Shown in pieces: positions 8,253 to 18,736 of a stretch of DNA of 64,000 nt. The DNA comes from an uncultured delta proteobacterium (GTDB taxonomy: Bacteria > Myxococcota > UBA727 > VGSZ01). Within the stretch, counting starts at the first letter, position 1. Every line of letters starts with the position of its first letter. The position numbers and the translations under genes were made by a program. Under the pieces are notes generated by a model. That model worked only from the letters and a program-made list of their open reading frames with translations, was not told the DNA's origin and made no database searches. The stretch is taken from NCBI GenBank assembly GCA_963775425.1, contig CAVZJB010000005.1:384001-448000 (forward strand), read 5' to 3'.

Positions 8253-10112
8253 TCAGCCGACCACGAGCACCGAAGCGGTGACGTTGTCGCTCTTGCCGCG
8301 TCCGTCGAGGACGTGCTCCTTGGCGTAGTCGATGATCGCCTGCGTCACGCCGGCCGCGTCCTTGCCCGGGATGAGCGAGGCGATCTCGCGCGTGGTGCGC
8401 TCGCCGTTCAGCTCGCTCCAGGGCTTGCCCGCGGCAAAGTCCTTCTTCTGCGCCGACAGGTTGGCGTCGGCCACGCCGTCGCTCACGCAGACGATGACGT
8501 CGCCCTTTTCGACGTTGAAGCGCGAGTAGTCCGCCTGCGGGTTGTCGCCGCCGAGGCAGGCCGTGATGACGTTGGCGACCTTGAGGCCGGCGTTGGGGTC
8601 GCCCGATCGCTTGGCCATCTCGTCGCCCAGGTTGTGCGCTTCGGTCTGGCCCTTCAGGCGGCCGTTCTTGTCGAACACCATCACCGCGGAGTCGCCGCAG
8701 TTGACGACGTGCGCGACGCCGTTTTGCACCACGGCGGCGGCGAACGTGGTGGCCGCGTTGGCGTGCAGGCCCTTCACCTCGCGGTCCGCGTCGACGACGG
8801 CGCCCTTCATGAGCGCCTCCGCGGAGCCGCCCGCGGCGATCTTCTGCGCGGCGTCGGCGAAGGTCCTGGCCGCGATGAGGCTGGCGGCGCCGGTCTGGTT
8901 CTTGACGTGCCCCTCACCGCCCGCCTGATCGAACGCGCCCGCGAACGCGGTCTCGTGCGCGACGCCCTTGCCCTTCGGGATGACGCCGAGGACCGCGCCG
9001 TCCTCGTTGTAGTCGGCGTAGCCGATGCCGCGCCACGTGAACACCGCGCCGCTGACGCCGGCGCCGCGCACGGTGTCGGGCCGCGTGGACTCGAAGCCGC
9101 CGGCGGCCACGAGCACCTGCGGGTCCACGCGTCGCGGCTCCGCTTCTTCGGCGACGGCGGCGGAGGCGTTCGCGCGACCTGCTCGCATGTCGCCGAGGTG
9201 CTTGGCGAGGCTCTTTCCGAGCGTGGTGAGCTGTTCGAGCCCGAGCATCCTCTGTCCGCCCTCTTCCCTGCGCGTGCCGGTGAGCCCGCCCGGGCCCGAG
9301 CCCGTCACCCACACCCGCCCTTCCGGCGTATCGATGCAGTCGCCGATCTTGAGCGGGTTCGCCTCCACGACCTGCGCGGCGGCGAGGTTCTTGGTGTTTA
9401 CCGAGCCGTCAACGTCGAGGAACTCGGCGACGAGCGCGCCCGCGCCGACGCTCTGCACGACGCCCAGGCTCGCCGAGCCGTCGCTGCGGGGGACCGAGAG
9501 CAGATCGCCGGGCGCATAGCGGTCGAGGCCGGCGATGCTGCCGCCGTGCTGTGCCAGCGCGCCGAGGTCGAGCCAGCCGTACTCGGGCTCGGGATGCTCC
9601 TTGACCCACTCCAGGTTCTTGCGCATGCCCTCGACGACGTCACCGCCGCGGTCCTCGGCGGCGATGCGCAGGGTGTGGATGGCCGGCACGAGGTCGTTTT
9701 GCAGGCGCTCGCGCACGTCGCGCGGGAGCATGTTCATGATGGCGGGCTCGAAGAGCGCCGCGATGTGATCGAGGCGCTGCCCGGCGCGGCCGAGGAGGTC
9801 GAGCTCGTTCTCGGTGACGAGGCCGTCGCGGTAGACCTCGGCGAGCTCGCCGACCGCCTTGTTTAGCTGCGTCTGTATCGCCTGGGTCCCCTGCTCGGAC
9901 GTCTTGGGCGCCTTGTCCAGGAGCGCGCTCATGCTCGGCAACAGGCCGCGCCCCTTGAGCGCGGCGCGCGCCTTGAGGAACTCGTCGACGTCACCGGGCT
10001 TGAGGAGCGCCGTGACCTCGGCCATGGCCGCCTTCTCTTTGGGCTTGGCGACCCCGTCGGCGACGGCGAGCTGGGGGATCTTGGGACGCGGGGAGCCGAC
10101 GCGCACGCTCAT
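8253..10112 (-). CDS. PP2C-family Ser/Thr phosphatase domain protein with long unknown N-terminal region
   Basis: NED, AFDQAGG, TTF, NCGDS, SDG and DNVT motifs in the C-terminal part; ATGA overlap with upstream gene. Confidence 0.8.
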   Translation of the reverse strand: MSVRVGSPRPKIPQLAVADGVAKPKEKAAMAEVTALLKPGDVDEFLKARAALKGRGLLPSMSALLDKAPKTSEQGTQAIQTQLNKAVGELAEVYRDGLVTENELDLLGRAGQRLDHIAALFEPAIMNMLPRDVRERLQNDLVPAIHTLRIAAEDRGGDVVEGMRKNLEWVKEHPEPEYGWLDLGALAQHGGSIAGLDRYAPGDLLSVPRSDGSASLGVVQSVGAGALVAEFLDVDGSVNTKNLAAAQVVEANPLKIGDCIDTPEGRVWVTGSGPGGLTGTRREEGGQRMLGLEQLTTLGKSLAKHLGDMRAGRANASAAVAEEAEPRRVDPQVLVAAGGFESTRPDTVRGAGVSGAVFTWRGIGYADYNEDGAVLGVIPKGKGVAHETAFAGAFDQAGGEGHVKNQTGAASLIAARTFADAAQKIAAGGSAEALMKGAVVDADREVKGLHANAATTFAAAVVQNGVAHVVNCGDSAVMVFDKNGRLKGQTEAHNLGDEMAKRSGDPNAGLKVANVITACLGGDNPQADYSRFNVEKGDVIVCVSDGVADANLSAQKKDFAAGKPWSELNGERTTREIASLIPGKDAAGVTQAIIDYAKEHVLDGRGKSDNVTASVLVVG

Positions 10113-10564
10113 GGCAGCTCCCTGGTGACGACGGCGCGCGCCGACGGCGAGCGCTCCGCGAGCGCCCGCGCGGCCGCGAAATCCACCTCGGCGCTCTTCT
10201 TGTCGGAGAGGCCGAGGAGCTCCGCACGCATGAGGAGCGCGCGAGCGACGTCACCGCCGGACTTTGCGACGTCTGCGTCGATGAAGCGCGTGAGGGCGTC
10301 GACGGCGGCGGCGCTGCAGCCGGCGGCCTGCTCGACGGCGCCGAGGTGCAGCAGGTGCTGCGCGTTGGCGGGATCGAGGGCGACGAGGCCGGTGAAGACG
10401 GTGCGGGCGACGTCGAAGCGCTGCGACTGCAGCGCCGCCGCGCCCACGCGGGCGATGGCGTCGATGTCCGCCGGCGACAGCCGGCCCGCGTCCTTGAGGG
10501 CGACGTGCCCGTCGACGATGCCCTGAAGGAGGGCGAGGGCGTTTTCGGTTTGCATGGCGGTCAC
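10109..10564 (-). CDS. small TPR protein, SycD/LcrH (type III secretion chaperone)-like
   Basis: 151 aa; LKDAGRLSPADIDAIARVG...ARTVFTGLVALDP...LHLGAV matches the SycD/LcrH pattern; codon-plausible frame. Confidence 0.6.
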   Translation of the reverse strand: MTAMQTENALALLQGIVDGHVALKDAGRLSPADIDAIARVGAAALQSQRFDVARTVFTGLVALDPANAQHLLHLGAVEQAAGCSAAAVDALTRFIDADVAKSGGDVARALLMRAELLGLSDKKSAEVDFAAARALAERSPSARAVVTRELP

Positions 10565-10567
10565 ATG

Positions 10568-11257
10568 CTACCCCACTGCCGGCGGGAGCAACTTGCGCCC
10601 GGGCACACCCCAGTCCTCCACGGTCCAGCCCCGCCTGCGGGCCACCCGGCGCAAGCGGAGATCGGGGCTGACGACGACGGGGTGCCCGACCGCCTCGAGC
10701 ATGGGCAGGTCCGAGGCGCTGTCCGTGTAGAACGCGCACTCGGACAGGGCGATGGAGAGCTTCTGCGCGCACGCTTCGGCGTGCGCCACCTTGCCGGCGC
10801 CGTAGCACACGGGCTCGACGGGCTCGCCGGTGAAGACGCCGTCATCGACGACGAAGCGGTTGGCGAGGAAGCCGTCGCACCCAAGCACGTCGGCGATGGG
10901 AGCGCTCAGGTAGTTCGTCGACGACGTCAACAAGAAGCAGAGATCGCCCGCGTCCTTGTGGCGCCGGATGGCGTCGCGCGCGCCGGGGCGGATGGTGCCG
11001 ATCAGCTCTTCGCGCCAGAACTCCAGCGTCCGATCGATGACGTCGCGCTCCCTGGCGCCGCGCAACGTCTTGATGGCCACGCGGATGACGTCGTCGGCCT
11101 CGATGAGCCCGAGGCCGTACAAGCCCACCCAGAAGCTCGCGCGCAAAGCTTGCAGCCGCGTGATGTGACCGGAGCGAAGCTCGCGCCGCACCCAGAGCGC
11201 CGCCGAGTTCACGGCGAGCACGGTCTTGTCGACGTCGAAGAACGCGATTGCCGTCAC
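10568..11257 (-). CDS. HAD-IB family hydrolase (SerB-like)
   Basis: AFFDVDKT motif I, LTSS motif II, GK, YTDSASDLPML motif IV; GTG start at 11257 preferred over 11302. Confidence 0.9.
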   Translation of the reverse strand: MTAIAFFDVDKTVLAVNSAALWVRRELRSGHITRLQALRASFWVGLYGLGLIEADDVIRVAIKTLRGARERDVIDRTLEFWREELIGTIRPGARDAIRRHKDAGDLCFLLTSSTNYLSAPIADVLGCDGFLANRFVVDDGVFTGEPVEPVCYGAGKVAHAEACAQKLSIALSECAFYTDSASDLPMLEAVGHPVVVSPDLRLRRVARRRGWTVEDWGVPGRKLLPPAVG

Positions 11258-11360
11258 TGCCGAGCTCGCCGACGGGGAATCTGCCGTCGCCGGACGTCCC
11301 ATGCAACAACTGTTGCACTTGCGACGGGGGGCCCGGCCGGGCGAGCGTCACCCGGTGTCG

Positions 11361-11750
11361 ATGGTGCTCAGGAGTGGCGCCTGTTGGCGCGCAGAGGCCG
11401 AGGGCGACGTTGTCGTCGTCATCGTGTGGAAGCGCGCAGATCAAACGCGCGATGAGCACGTGCGCGACATGAAGGACACCGTGGCGGTCCTCGTCCCCCT
11501 CGCCGGCGACGGCTACCGCGGGCTCGTCTACGACCTCCGCGACGCCCCTTCGACCTGGGGGCCCATCACGCACAAGGCGTTCGTCGACGTGCTGTCGGTC
11601 TGGGACGTGGCAGCCAGGCCCAGCGCCGTCGTCGCCGCCGACGAAGCCATCGCGCGCCTCGGCGTCCGCGCCCTCGTGAGCGAGGGCGCGCCTCGCCACG
11701 GCAGGGCCTGCGCCAGCATCGAAGAAGCCATGGCCTACGCGGCTGGTTGA
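11361..11750 (+). CDS. hypothetical protein (STAS/SpoIIAA-like alpha/beta fold)
   Basis: GLVYDLRDAP...SIEEAMAYA pattern; start uncertain (11301 or 11361). Confidence 0.5.
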   Translation: MVLRSGACWRAEAEGDVVVVIVWKRADQTRDEHVRDMKDTVAVLVPLAGDGYRGLVYDLRDAPSTWGPITHKAFVDVLSVWDVAARPSAVVAADEAIARLGVRALVSEGAPRHGRACASIEEAMAYAAG

Positions 11751-11754
11751 GGGC

Positions 11755-13260
11755 TCAACCAATCTCTTCTTGCCGGCCGAACATCAGGCGGACGAGGGGC
11801 TCGTCATCGTCGGCGGTGACGACGTAGATGTGGTCGTTCTGCTGCAGCTCGACGTCGCCGCGCGGAGCGAGCAGCGTGGCGCCGCGCACGATGACCATGA
11901 GGCTCGAGCCGTGGGGGAAAGGCAGGTCGCGGATGGCGACGCCCGCGGCCGCGGACGCTCGATCGATGGTGAAGGCGAGCACCTTGCCGTCGAGCTCCCG
12001 CGTCGACGTCACCTCGAGCACGGCCGGCGCCGGCGGCGGCTCGCCCGACGTGAGCCCGAGCTTCTCGGTGACGAAGCGAACGGTGCTCCCGGGGACGATC
12101 GCGTTCACGAGCACGATGAAGAACACGAGGTGGAAGGTCTGCACGGCCCCCGCCGCCCCCGCCGTCACCGGAAACGTCGCGAGGATGATGGGCACGGCGC
12201 CGCGCAGCCCCACCCAGGCGACGTAGAGCACCTCGCGCGACGGCCAGCGAAAGGGCAGGAGGCAGACGAACGCCGCCAGGGGGCGCGCGGCGACGGCGAG
12301 GGCGAGGCCGAGCGCGAGGCCGAGCGGGGCTTCGTCGACGAGCATCTGCGGCGACACGAGCAGGCCGAACACCAGGAACATGCCCACCTGCGCCACCCAG
12401 GCGGCGGCGTCGTGGACGCGCAGGAGCCCCGAGCGAAACGGCAGCGCCGTGTTCCCGACGATGACGGCCACGATGTAGACCGAGATGAAGCCGCTGCCGC
12501 GCACGAGCGTGGGCACCGCGTAGGCGACGAGCGCGACGGCCAGCGTCACCACCGGGTACAGGCCGGTGGCGACGAGGTGGGCGCGGCGCAGGAGCACGCG
12601 CGCCCCGAAGCCGATGAGGAAGCCGGCGCCGATCCCGAGGACCAGCTCGCGCACGACGGTGAACGCGATGTGCCACGACGGCTCCTCGCCGCTGATGACG
12701 AGGTGGGTGAACGCCACCGTGAGGATGACGGCCATGGGATCGTTGAGGCCGGACTCGAGCTCGAGCGTGATGCCGAGCCGGCGGCGCAACTGCAGGCCGC
12801 TGCCGCGCAGGACCGAGAACACCGCGGCCGCGTCCGTCGACGACACGATGGCACCCATGAGAGCGGCGCGGCGCGGCTCCACGCCGAACGCCCATGCGAC
12901 GAGCGCGACGACGGTGCCGGTGATGACGACGCCGACGGTGGCGAGGAGCGCCGCAGGCCGGAGGCCGAGCTTCAAGAGGCCCGCGGGCGTGTTGAGGCCG
13001 CCGTCGAAGAGGATGACGACGAGGGCGACGATGCCGAGGTTGTAGCCGAAGGAGAAGTCGTGGAGGCTGACGCCGAAGGCGCTGCCGGCGAGCACGCCGA
13101 CGCCGAGGAACACCAGCGTGACCGGCACGCCGAGCCGGCCCGAGAAGCGGCTGGTCAGCGCGGCGATGCCCATCAGCACGCCGACCGTGGCGAGGACCGC
13201 CGCATGGGTGTTCGGCTCATCCAAAGACGCAAACCCCCTCGACGATGATGATGCGCGCAT
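11755..13260 (-). CDS. cvrA: potassium/proton antiporter (CPA1, NhaP2/CvrA) with C-terminal TrkA-C domain
   Basis: ILFDGGL, SSTDAAAVF, LELESGLNDP, WVGLRGAVPIILA motifs; start may be TTG at 13224. Confidence 0.9.
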   Translation of the reverse strand: MRASSSSRGFASLDEPNTHAAVLATVGVLMGIAALTSRFSGRLGVPVTLVFLGVGVLAGSAFGVSLHDFSFGYNLGIVALVVILFDGGLNTPAGLLKLGLRPAALLATVGVVITGTVVALVAWAFGVEPRRAALMGAIVSSTDAAAVFSVLRGSGLQLRRRLGITLELESGLNDPMAVILTVAFTHLVISGEEPSWHIAFTVVRELVLGIGAGFLIGFGARVLLRRAHLVATGLYPVVTLAVALVAYAVPTLVRGSGFISVYIVAVIVGNTALPFRSGLLRVHDAAAWVAQVGMFLVFGLLVSPQMLVDEAPLGLALGLALAVAARPLAAFVCLLPFRWPSREVLYVAWVGLRGAVPIILATFPVTAGAAGAVQTFHLVFFIVLVNAIVPGSTVRFVTEKLGLTSGEPPPAPAVLEVTSTRELDGKVLAFTIDRASAAAGVAIRDLPFPHGSSLMVIVRGATLLAPRGDVELQQNDHIYVVTADDDEPLVRLMFGRQEEIG

Positions 13261-13302
13261 CCACCGGAGCCGTCGACGTCGAGACGCTTGACGACGATGC
13301 GT

Positions 13303-13872
13303 TCACATGTCGACGAAGCGCTCGAGCTTCTCGCGGATACGGCGGGTGTCGACGTCGGTCCACCCTTCGGGCACGGCGACCTGCAGCTCGTAGGTGGCGC
13401 CGCTGTCGAGGTCGGTCCCGTGGAGGGTGAGCGCGCCACCGGCGACGGTGACCTCCCGGAAGCGGAGGCTGCCGACGCCGTAGGGGCGAAAGCCGCCCCG
13501 CTTCTGGATGAAGACGCCGTCGTCGGAGAAGAACACCAGGCCGTCCTTCCGGCTCACCCAGGCGGCGTCGCGCTCGCGGTCGAGCCGCTGCGCCTGCTTG
13601 AGCGCGCGGCGGCGGTAGAAGTGGACGACGGGGCCGAGCGGAATGAAGAACAGGCCGAGGTACCCGACCATGAACGCCGCCTGCCACATGTCGGTCACCG
13701 CGACGCCCGCGGTGGCGAGGATGGGCCCGAGCACGCTGATCCATGAGCCCACGCGCGAACGCCCGGTGGAGCGACGCATGGTCTCGATGTGCTCGGCCAC
13801 GTCGTGGGCGACGTTCTGGGAGAACGTGATCCCGTGGGCGGCGCTCGAGGAGGGGACCAGCGAAGTCGTCAC
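13303..13872 (-). CDS. hypothetical membrane protein (2 TM + PH-like C-terminus)
   Basis: Two hydrophobic segments; starts just after the ileS stop; GTG at 13872 inferred. Confidence 0.55.
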   Translation of the reverse strand: MTTSLVPSSSAAHGITFSQNVAHDVAEHIETMRRSTGRSRVGSWISVLGPILATAGVAVTDMWQAAFMVGYLGLFFIPLGPVVHFYRRRALKQAQRLDRERDAAWVSRKDGLVFFSDDGVFIQKRGGFRPYGVGSLRFREVTVAGGALTLHGTDLDSGATYELQVAVPEGWTDVDTRRIREKLERFVDM

Positions 13873-13876
13873 GCGC

Positions 13877-16800
13877 TCAACCCTTGCGGATGGCCGCGCC
13901 GATCTTCCAGTCCCCGGCTTCAATGACGCGCGCGTCGTCGGGCGGCGGCGCCGTCGACACCGTCACCGACGACGCGGTGACCTCGCCCTTGAGCTCGTCC
14001 TTGCGCGAGGAGAAGTGCGCCTCGAGCGCCGCGGGCACGTAGAACGTGCAGGCGACGCGCTCGTGCACCTCGAGCCCCGAGTCCTTGCGCAAGGCGTTGG
14101 TGGCGGTGGTGACCTCGCGAAACGCATACTCCTGCTTCAGCGCGTCGGTGACGGTGGTGTCGAGGGCGACGGTGATCTCGCCGGCGCTCTCGATGACGAC
14201 GTCGCCGCGGGCCGTGCGGGTGACGAGGACGTCCTCCTTGGTGATGCGCTGGCCTTCGACGTCGACGCTCCCGCCGTCCTCGAGGGTTCGCCACGCCTGT
14301 GACGTGAGCGCCTCCACGGCCGCGGCGGCGGCCTTCATCTTGGGGCCCATGCGCTTGCCGAGCGTCTTGTAGTTGGCCTTGAACGAGAGCGTGGCCAGGC
14401 CCTCGTCGTTCTTCATGACCGCGAGCGCCTTGACGTTGAGCTCGTCGAGGACGAGCTCCTTGTGGCGCTCGAGCGCGACACGCACGGCGTCGTCGTGGGA
14501 CACGACGGTGGCCTGTGGCAGCGGCTGCCGCGTCTTCATCTTGTGCTTCTCGCGAAGCGCGCGGCCGAGCGTGACCACCTGGCGCACGGCGGCCATCTCG
14601 CGCTCGAGCGCGCGATCGATCTTGGCGTCGTCGACGACGGGGTAGTCCGTGAGGTGCACGCTGGGCGGCGCCTCGCACCCGGGTTCCACCACGAGGTTCT
14701 GGTGCACGCTCTCCGCCACGAACGGCAGCACGGGGGCGAGCACGCGCGCGAAGGTGGTGAGCACCTCGTAGAGCGTCTCGTACGCGGCGCGCTTGTCGGC
14801 GTCGTTGTCGGACTTCCAGAAGCGGCGGCGCGAGCGGCGGATGTACCAGTTGGTGAGGTCGTCGATGAAGCCGAGCATCGGAGGGACCACCTTGTCGAGG
14901 TAGTAGCCCTCCATCTGCGTGTTCACCTCGCGCACGAGGCTCTGCAGCACGCTGAGGATCCAGCGATCGATCTCGGGACGCCCTGCCGGCGTCGCGGGGG
15001 GGCGGCGCCGGCGTCGCCTCGAGCGTCGCGCGCAGGCGTCCAGCCGTCGACGTTCGCGTACGTCACGAAGAAGCTCCACGCGTTCTGCAGCGGGAGCAGC
15101 ACCGTGCGCACCACGTCGCGCACGCCGAGCTCGTCGAACTTGAGGGGCTCCGCGCGCACCACCGGCGAGTTGATGAGGTACGCGCGCAGCGCGTCCGCGC
15201 CGTAGGTGTCGATGACGACGTGCGGATCCGGATAGTTCTTCAGCCGCTTGGACATCTTCTCGGCGAGGACCTTGAGCTCCTTGCCGGAGTCCTTGAGGAA
15301 CGCCTTGCCGCCCTTTTCGTCGACGTCGGCGAGCTTGTAGCGGTTGCCCAGCTCGTCCTGGTAGGTCTTTGCGAGCACCATGCCGTTGACGATGCAGTTT
15401 TGATACGGCGCCTTGTCGAACAGCGCCGTCGACAACACGAGCAGCGTGTAGAACCAGCCACGGGTCTGATCGAGCCCTTCGGCGATGAACTGCGCGGGCA
15501 ATCGCAGCTCCGCGCCCTCGAACGGGTAGTGCACCTGCGCGTAGGGCATGGAGCCGGACTCGAACCAGCAATCAAAGACGTCGCCGATGCGCTTCGCGGG
15601 CGCGCCGCACGCGTCGCACGGGAACGAGAGCGAATCGATCTTGTGGGGGTGAAGATCGTCGACCTTCGCGCCGGTGCGCTTCTCGAGATCGGCCGCGGAG
15701 CCCACGCAGGTGTGGTGCCCGTTTTGGCACTCCCACAAGGGGATGGGCGTGCCCCAGAAGCGGGAGCGTGAGATGGACCAGTCGCGCGCGTCTTTGAGCC
15801 AGTTCTCGAAGCGCTTCTCGCCGACGAAGCCGGGCACCCAGTGGACGGTCTCGTTGTTGGCCACCATGCGCTCGCGCAGGGGCTCGACGTGCACGTACCA
15901 GGACGGCGTGGTCTTGTAGATGAGCGGCGTCCCCGTCCGGTAGCAGAACGGGTACGAGTGGCGGATGGTGCCGTGCTTGAACACCAGGCCCTGCGCCTTG
16001 AGGTCGTGGATGATCTGCTTGTCGGCCTCCTTCACGCGTTGCCCGGCGTAGGGCGGGACCTCGCCGGTGAAGCGCCCCTCCTCGTCGACGGGCTCGACGA
16101 CGTCGATGCCCACGGCCTTGCAGGCGGCGAAGTCGTCCTCGCCGAACGCGGGCGCCATGTGCACGAGGCCGGTGCCGTCGGTGGTGGTGACGTGGCCGGA
16201 CGCGATGACGCGGAAGGCGCCCGTCTGTTTGCGTTCGGCGAAGAACGGGAACAGCGGCTGGTAGGTGAGCCCCACGAGCTCGCGGCCCTTGAGCGTGGCG
16301 ACGACCTCCGCCTCCTTGCCGAGGACGCTCTCGAGGAGCTCGCGCGCGACGACGTACGTGTGGCCGTCTTTGTGCTTGGCCTTGACGTAGTCGATGTCGG
16401 CGCCGACGGCGACGGCGAGGTTGGACGGGAGCGTCCAGGGCGTGGTGGTCCACACGAGCAGGTGGAGGTCGTCGGCATCGACTTTGAGGCGCACGGTGAG
16501 CGCGGGGTCGTCGACGTCGCGATAGTCCTCGCCGGCCTCCATGTTCGACAGCGGCGTGGACAGCGCCCACGAGTAGGGCATCACGCGCAGGCCCTTGTAG
16601 ACGAGGCCGCGCTTCCACAGCTCGGAGAAGGCCCACCACACGGACTCCATGAACGGCTTGTCCATGGTCTTGTAGTCGTTGTCGAAGTCGACCCAGCGCC
16701 CGACGCGCGTGATGGTGCGGCGCCACTCGTCGACGTAGGTGAGGACGTTCTCCCGGCAGGTCTCGTTGAACTTGTCGACGCCGAATTCGCGGATGGACGT

Positions 16801-17121
16801 GGGGCCCGAGAGGTTGAGCTTGGCCTGGATCTGCTGCTCGATGGGCAGGCCGTGCGTGTCCCAGCCGAAGCGCCGCTCGACGCGCTTGCCGCGCATGGTC
16901 CAGTAGCGCGGCACGATGTCCTTGAGCGTGGAAGCGACGAGGTGGCCGTAGTGCGGCAGGCCCGTCGCGAACGGCGGGCCGTCGTAGAAGATGAAGGCGT
17001 CGTCGGGGGAGCGCTCGTTCACCGAGCGGTGGAAGGCGTCGAGCTTCTGCCACAGCTCGAGGACCTTCAGCTCCTCCTGCGGGAACTGAACCTCCGACGA
17101 CACGGGCTTGAAAGCACCCAC
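13877..17121 (-). CDS. ileS: isoleucine--tRNA ligase, type 2; apparent 1-nt deletion near 14996-15002
   Basis: DGPPFATGLPHYGH, WTTTPWTLPSN, KMSK in ORF 14923..17121; EIDRWILS, LTNWYIRRSRRRFW, C-terminal extension in ORF 13877..15571; frames switch at a G7 run. Confidence 0.95.
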
Positions 17122-17160
17122 GAAACCTCCGGCGACGACGACGCGCCGCTGGATTTTTCG

Positions 17161-17862
17161 CTAGCCGCTCGCGCCCGATGCCGCAACGGGCGCGCCGCGC
17201 GGCCGGGACGCCGCCGCCGTCGAGGACCGCCGCGGCCAGGCCGCGCGCGCCGCGAGGGCGACGCCGCCGGCGACGAGGCCGGCGTCGAGCTCGACGCCGA
17301 GGCGGAGGGCGCCGAAGAGGCCCCACGCGAGGGCGGCGACGGCGAGGACGCCGGCGCTCCCGCGGCCCCCCGGCGTCGCGGCGAGGTCGAGGACGAGGGC
17401 GGCGCCGGCGGCGAGCGCGAGGCTCGGGCAGGGGACGACGCCGACGGGCGCGGCGAAGAGGTCCGCGAGGGGGCCGTGGGCGCCGACGAAGTGCGGGTAG
17501 AGCCACGCGTACACGAGGAGGGCGGCGCCGGTGAGCGTCGCCCAGCGCGGTGGCAGGCGCGGCGGCGCGGGCCGCTCCGGCGCGGGCCACGCGAGGGCGG
17601 CGACGGCGACGGCGACGACGCCGAGGCCGAAGCCGTTGAACGGGTCTTGGAACGCGAACGCCACGGCGCTCGCCGACACGACCGGGAGGGCGACGACGAA
17701 GCCGGCGATGCGGGGACGCGAGCGCCACGCGATGTCGCTCGGCCGAAGCGCGACGAGCCAGACGACGGCGAGGGCGATGACGACGTGCCAGATCACCCCG
17801 AGGACGTAGGCGCCGTCGGCGGCGCGGCGAAGCCCGGCGAGGATGTCATCGGCGGACGGCAT
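17161..17862 (-). CDS. hypothetical integral membrane protein
   Basis: ATG at 17862 after GGAGG; ~6 TM segments; YPHF..P.GVVPCPSL motif. Confidence 0.6.
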   Translation of the reverse strand: MPSADDILAGLRRAADGAYVLGVIWHVVIALAVVWLVALRPSDIAWRSRPRIAGFVVALPVVSASAVAFAFQDPFNGFGLGVVAVAVAALAWPAPERPAPPRLPPRWATLTGAALLVYAWLYPHFVGAHGPLADLFAAPVGVVPCPSLALAAGAALVLDLAATPGGRGSAGVLAVAALAWGLFGALRLGVELDAGLVAGGVALAARAAWPRRSSTAAASRPRGAPVAASGASG

Positions 17863-17963
17863 GGGACCTCCACGACGAGCGAAGCACGCGCCGTGCCGCG
17901 GCGCGCGCACGGGTGGGCCGCGGGCTTGACCGCGCGTGCGCGACGTCAGCATGCTCCGCGGCC

Positions 17964-18713
17964 ATGGGCCTGCCGATCGTGAACAACAAGGCCGCGACCG
18001 ATCGCGACGACGCCGCGGCGCTCGCCGGCGCACAGCGCTTGCTCGACGCCGGCCTCGCCGACGAGGCGCGCGCGAGGCTGGCGCCGCTCGTCGACGCGCC
18101 GCACACCGCGGTGCGCGCGCACGCGTGCCTGCTGTACGCAGGCGTCTCGCTCATGGCGGGCAAGCCCGAGGACGCGTTGGCGGCGCTCGACAAGCTCCCT
18201 GCGCGCCCGCCGTTTGCGATCGACACCGGCTACCGCAAGATGATCGAGGCGTGCGCGCTCAGGCAGACCCGACGCTACGCGGAGGCGCTCGCGGCGGCGC
18301 AGGTGGCGGCGGACGAGGGCGCGACGCCCGGCAGGCTGCTTGTGCTCGCGGACGCACAGAAGCACGCGGGGCTCCTCGACGCCGCCGCGGCCACGCTCTC
18401 GCGCTTGCTCGACGGAGAGCCGGACAACGCCACGGCGCTCGCGCAGCTCGCCGGCTACCGGAACCTGCAGGGCGATCTCGACGCGGGCGCGGCGTGCTTC
18501 GAGCGCTTCCGCGCCTGCGCCGCCGCCGGCGCCGACGCGCGGCGCAACGAGGCTTTCTTCTTCGCCACCCGGGGCAACCTCGACGCCACCGTCGCCGCGC
18601 TGCGCGCCGCGCTCGACGAGGAGGCGGAGGCCACCGCGAGCTACCTCGTCGACGAGGTCGAATTCGATCGCTTCCGCGGCGCCCCGGCTTTCGTCGCGCT
18701 GAAGGACGCGTAG
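17964..18713 (+). CDS. tetratricopeptide repeat protein
   Basis: Ala/Leu-rich helical repeats, C-terminal D.EFDRFR..P.F motif typical of TPR-end domains. Confidence 0.7.
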   Translation: MGLPIVNNKAATDRDDAAALAGAQRLLDAGLADEARARLAPLVDAPHTAVRAHACLLYAGVSLMAGKPEDALAALDKLPARPPFAIDTGYRKMIEACALRQTRRYAEALAAAQVAADEGATPGRLLVLADAQKHAGLLDAAAATLSRLLDGEPDNATALAQLAGYRNLQGDLDAGAACFERFRACAAAGADARRNEAFFFATRGNLDATVAALRAALDEEAEATASYLVDEVEFDRFRGAPAFVALKDA

Positions 18714-18736
18714 GCGACCGGCGTCTCCGGCAGCGT

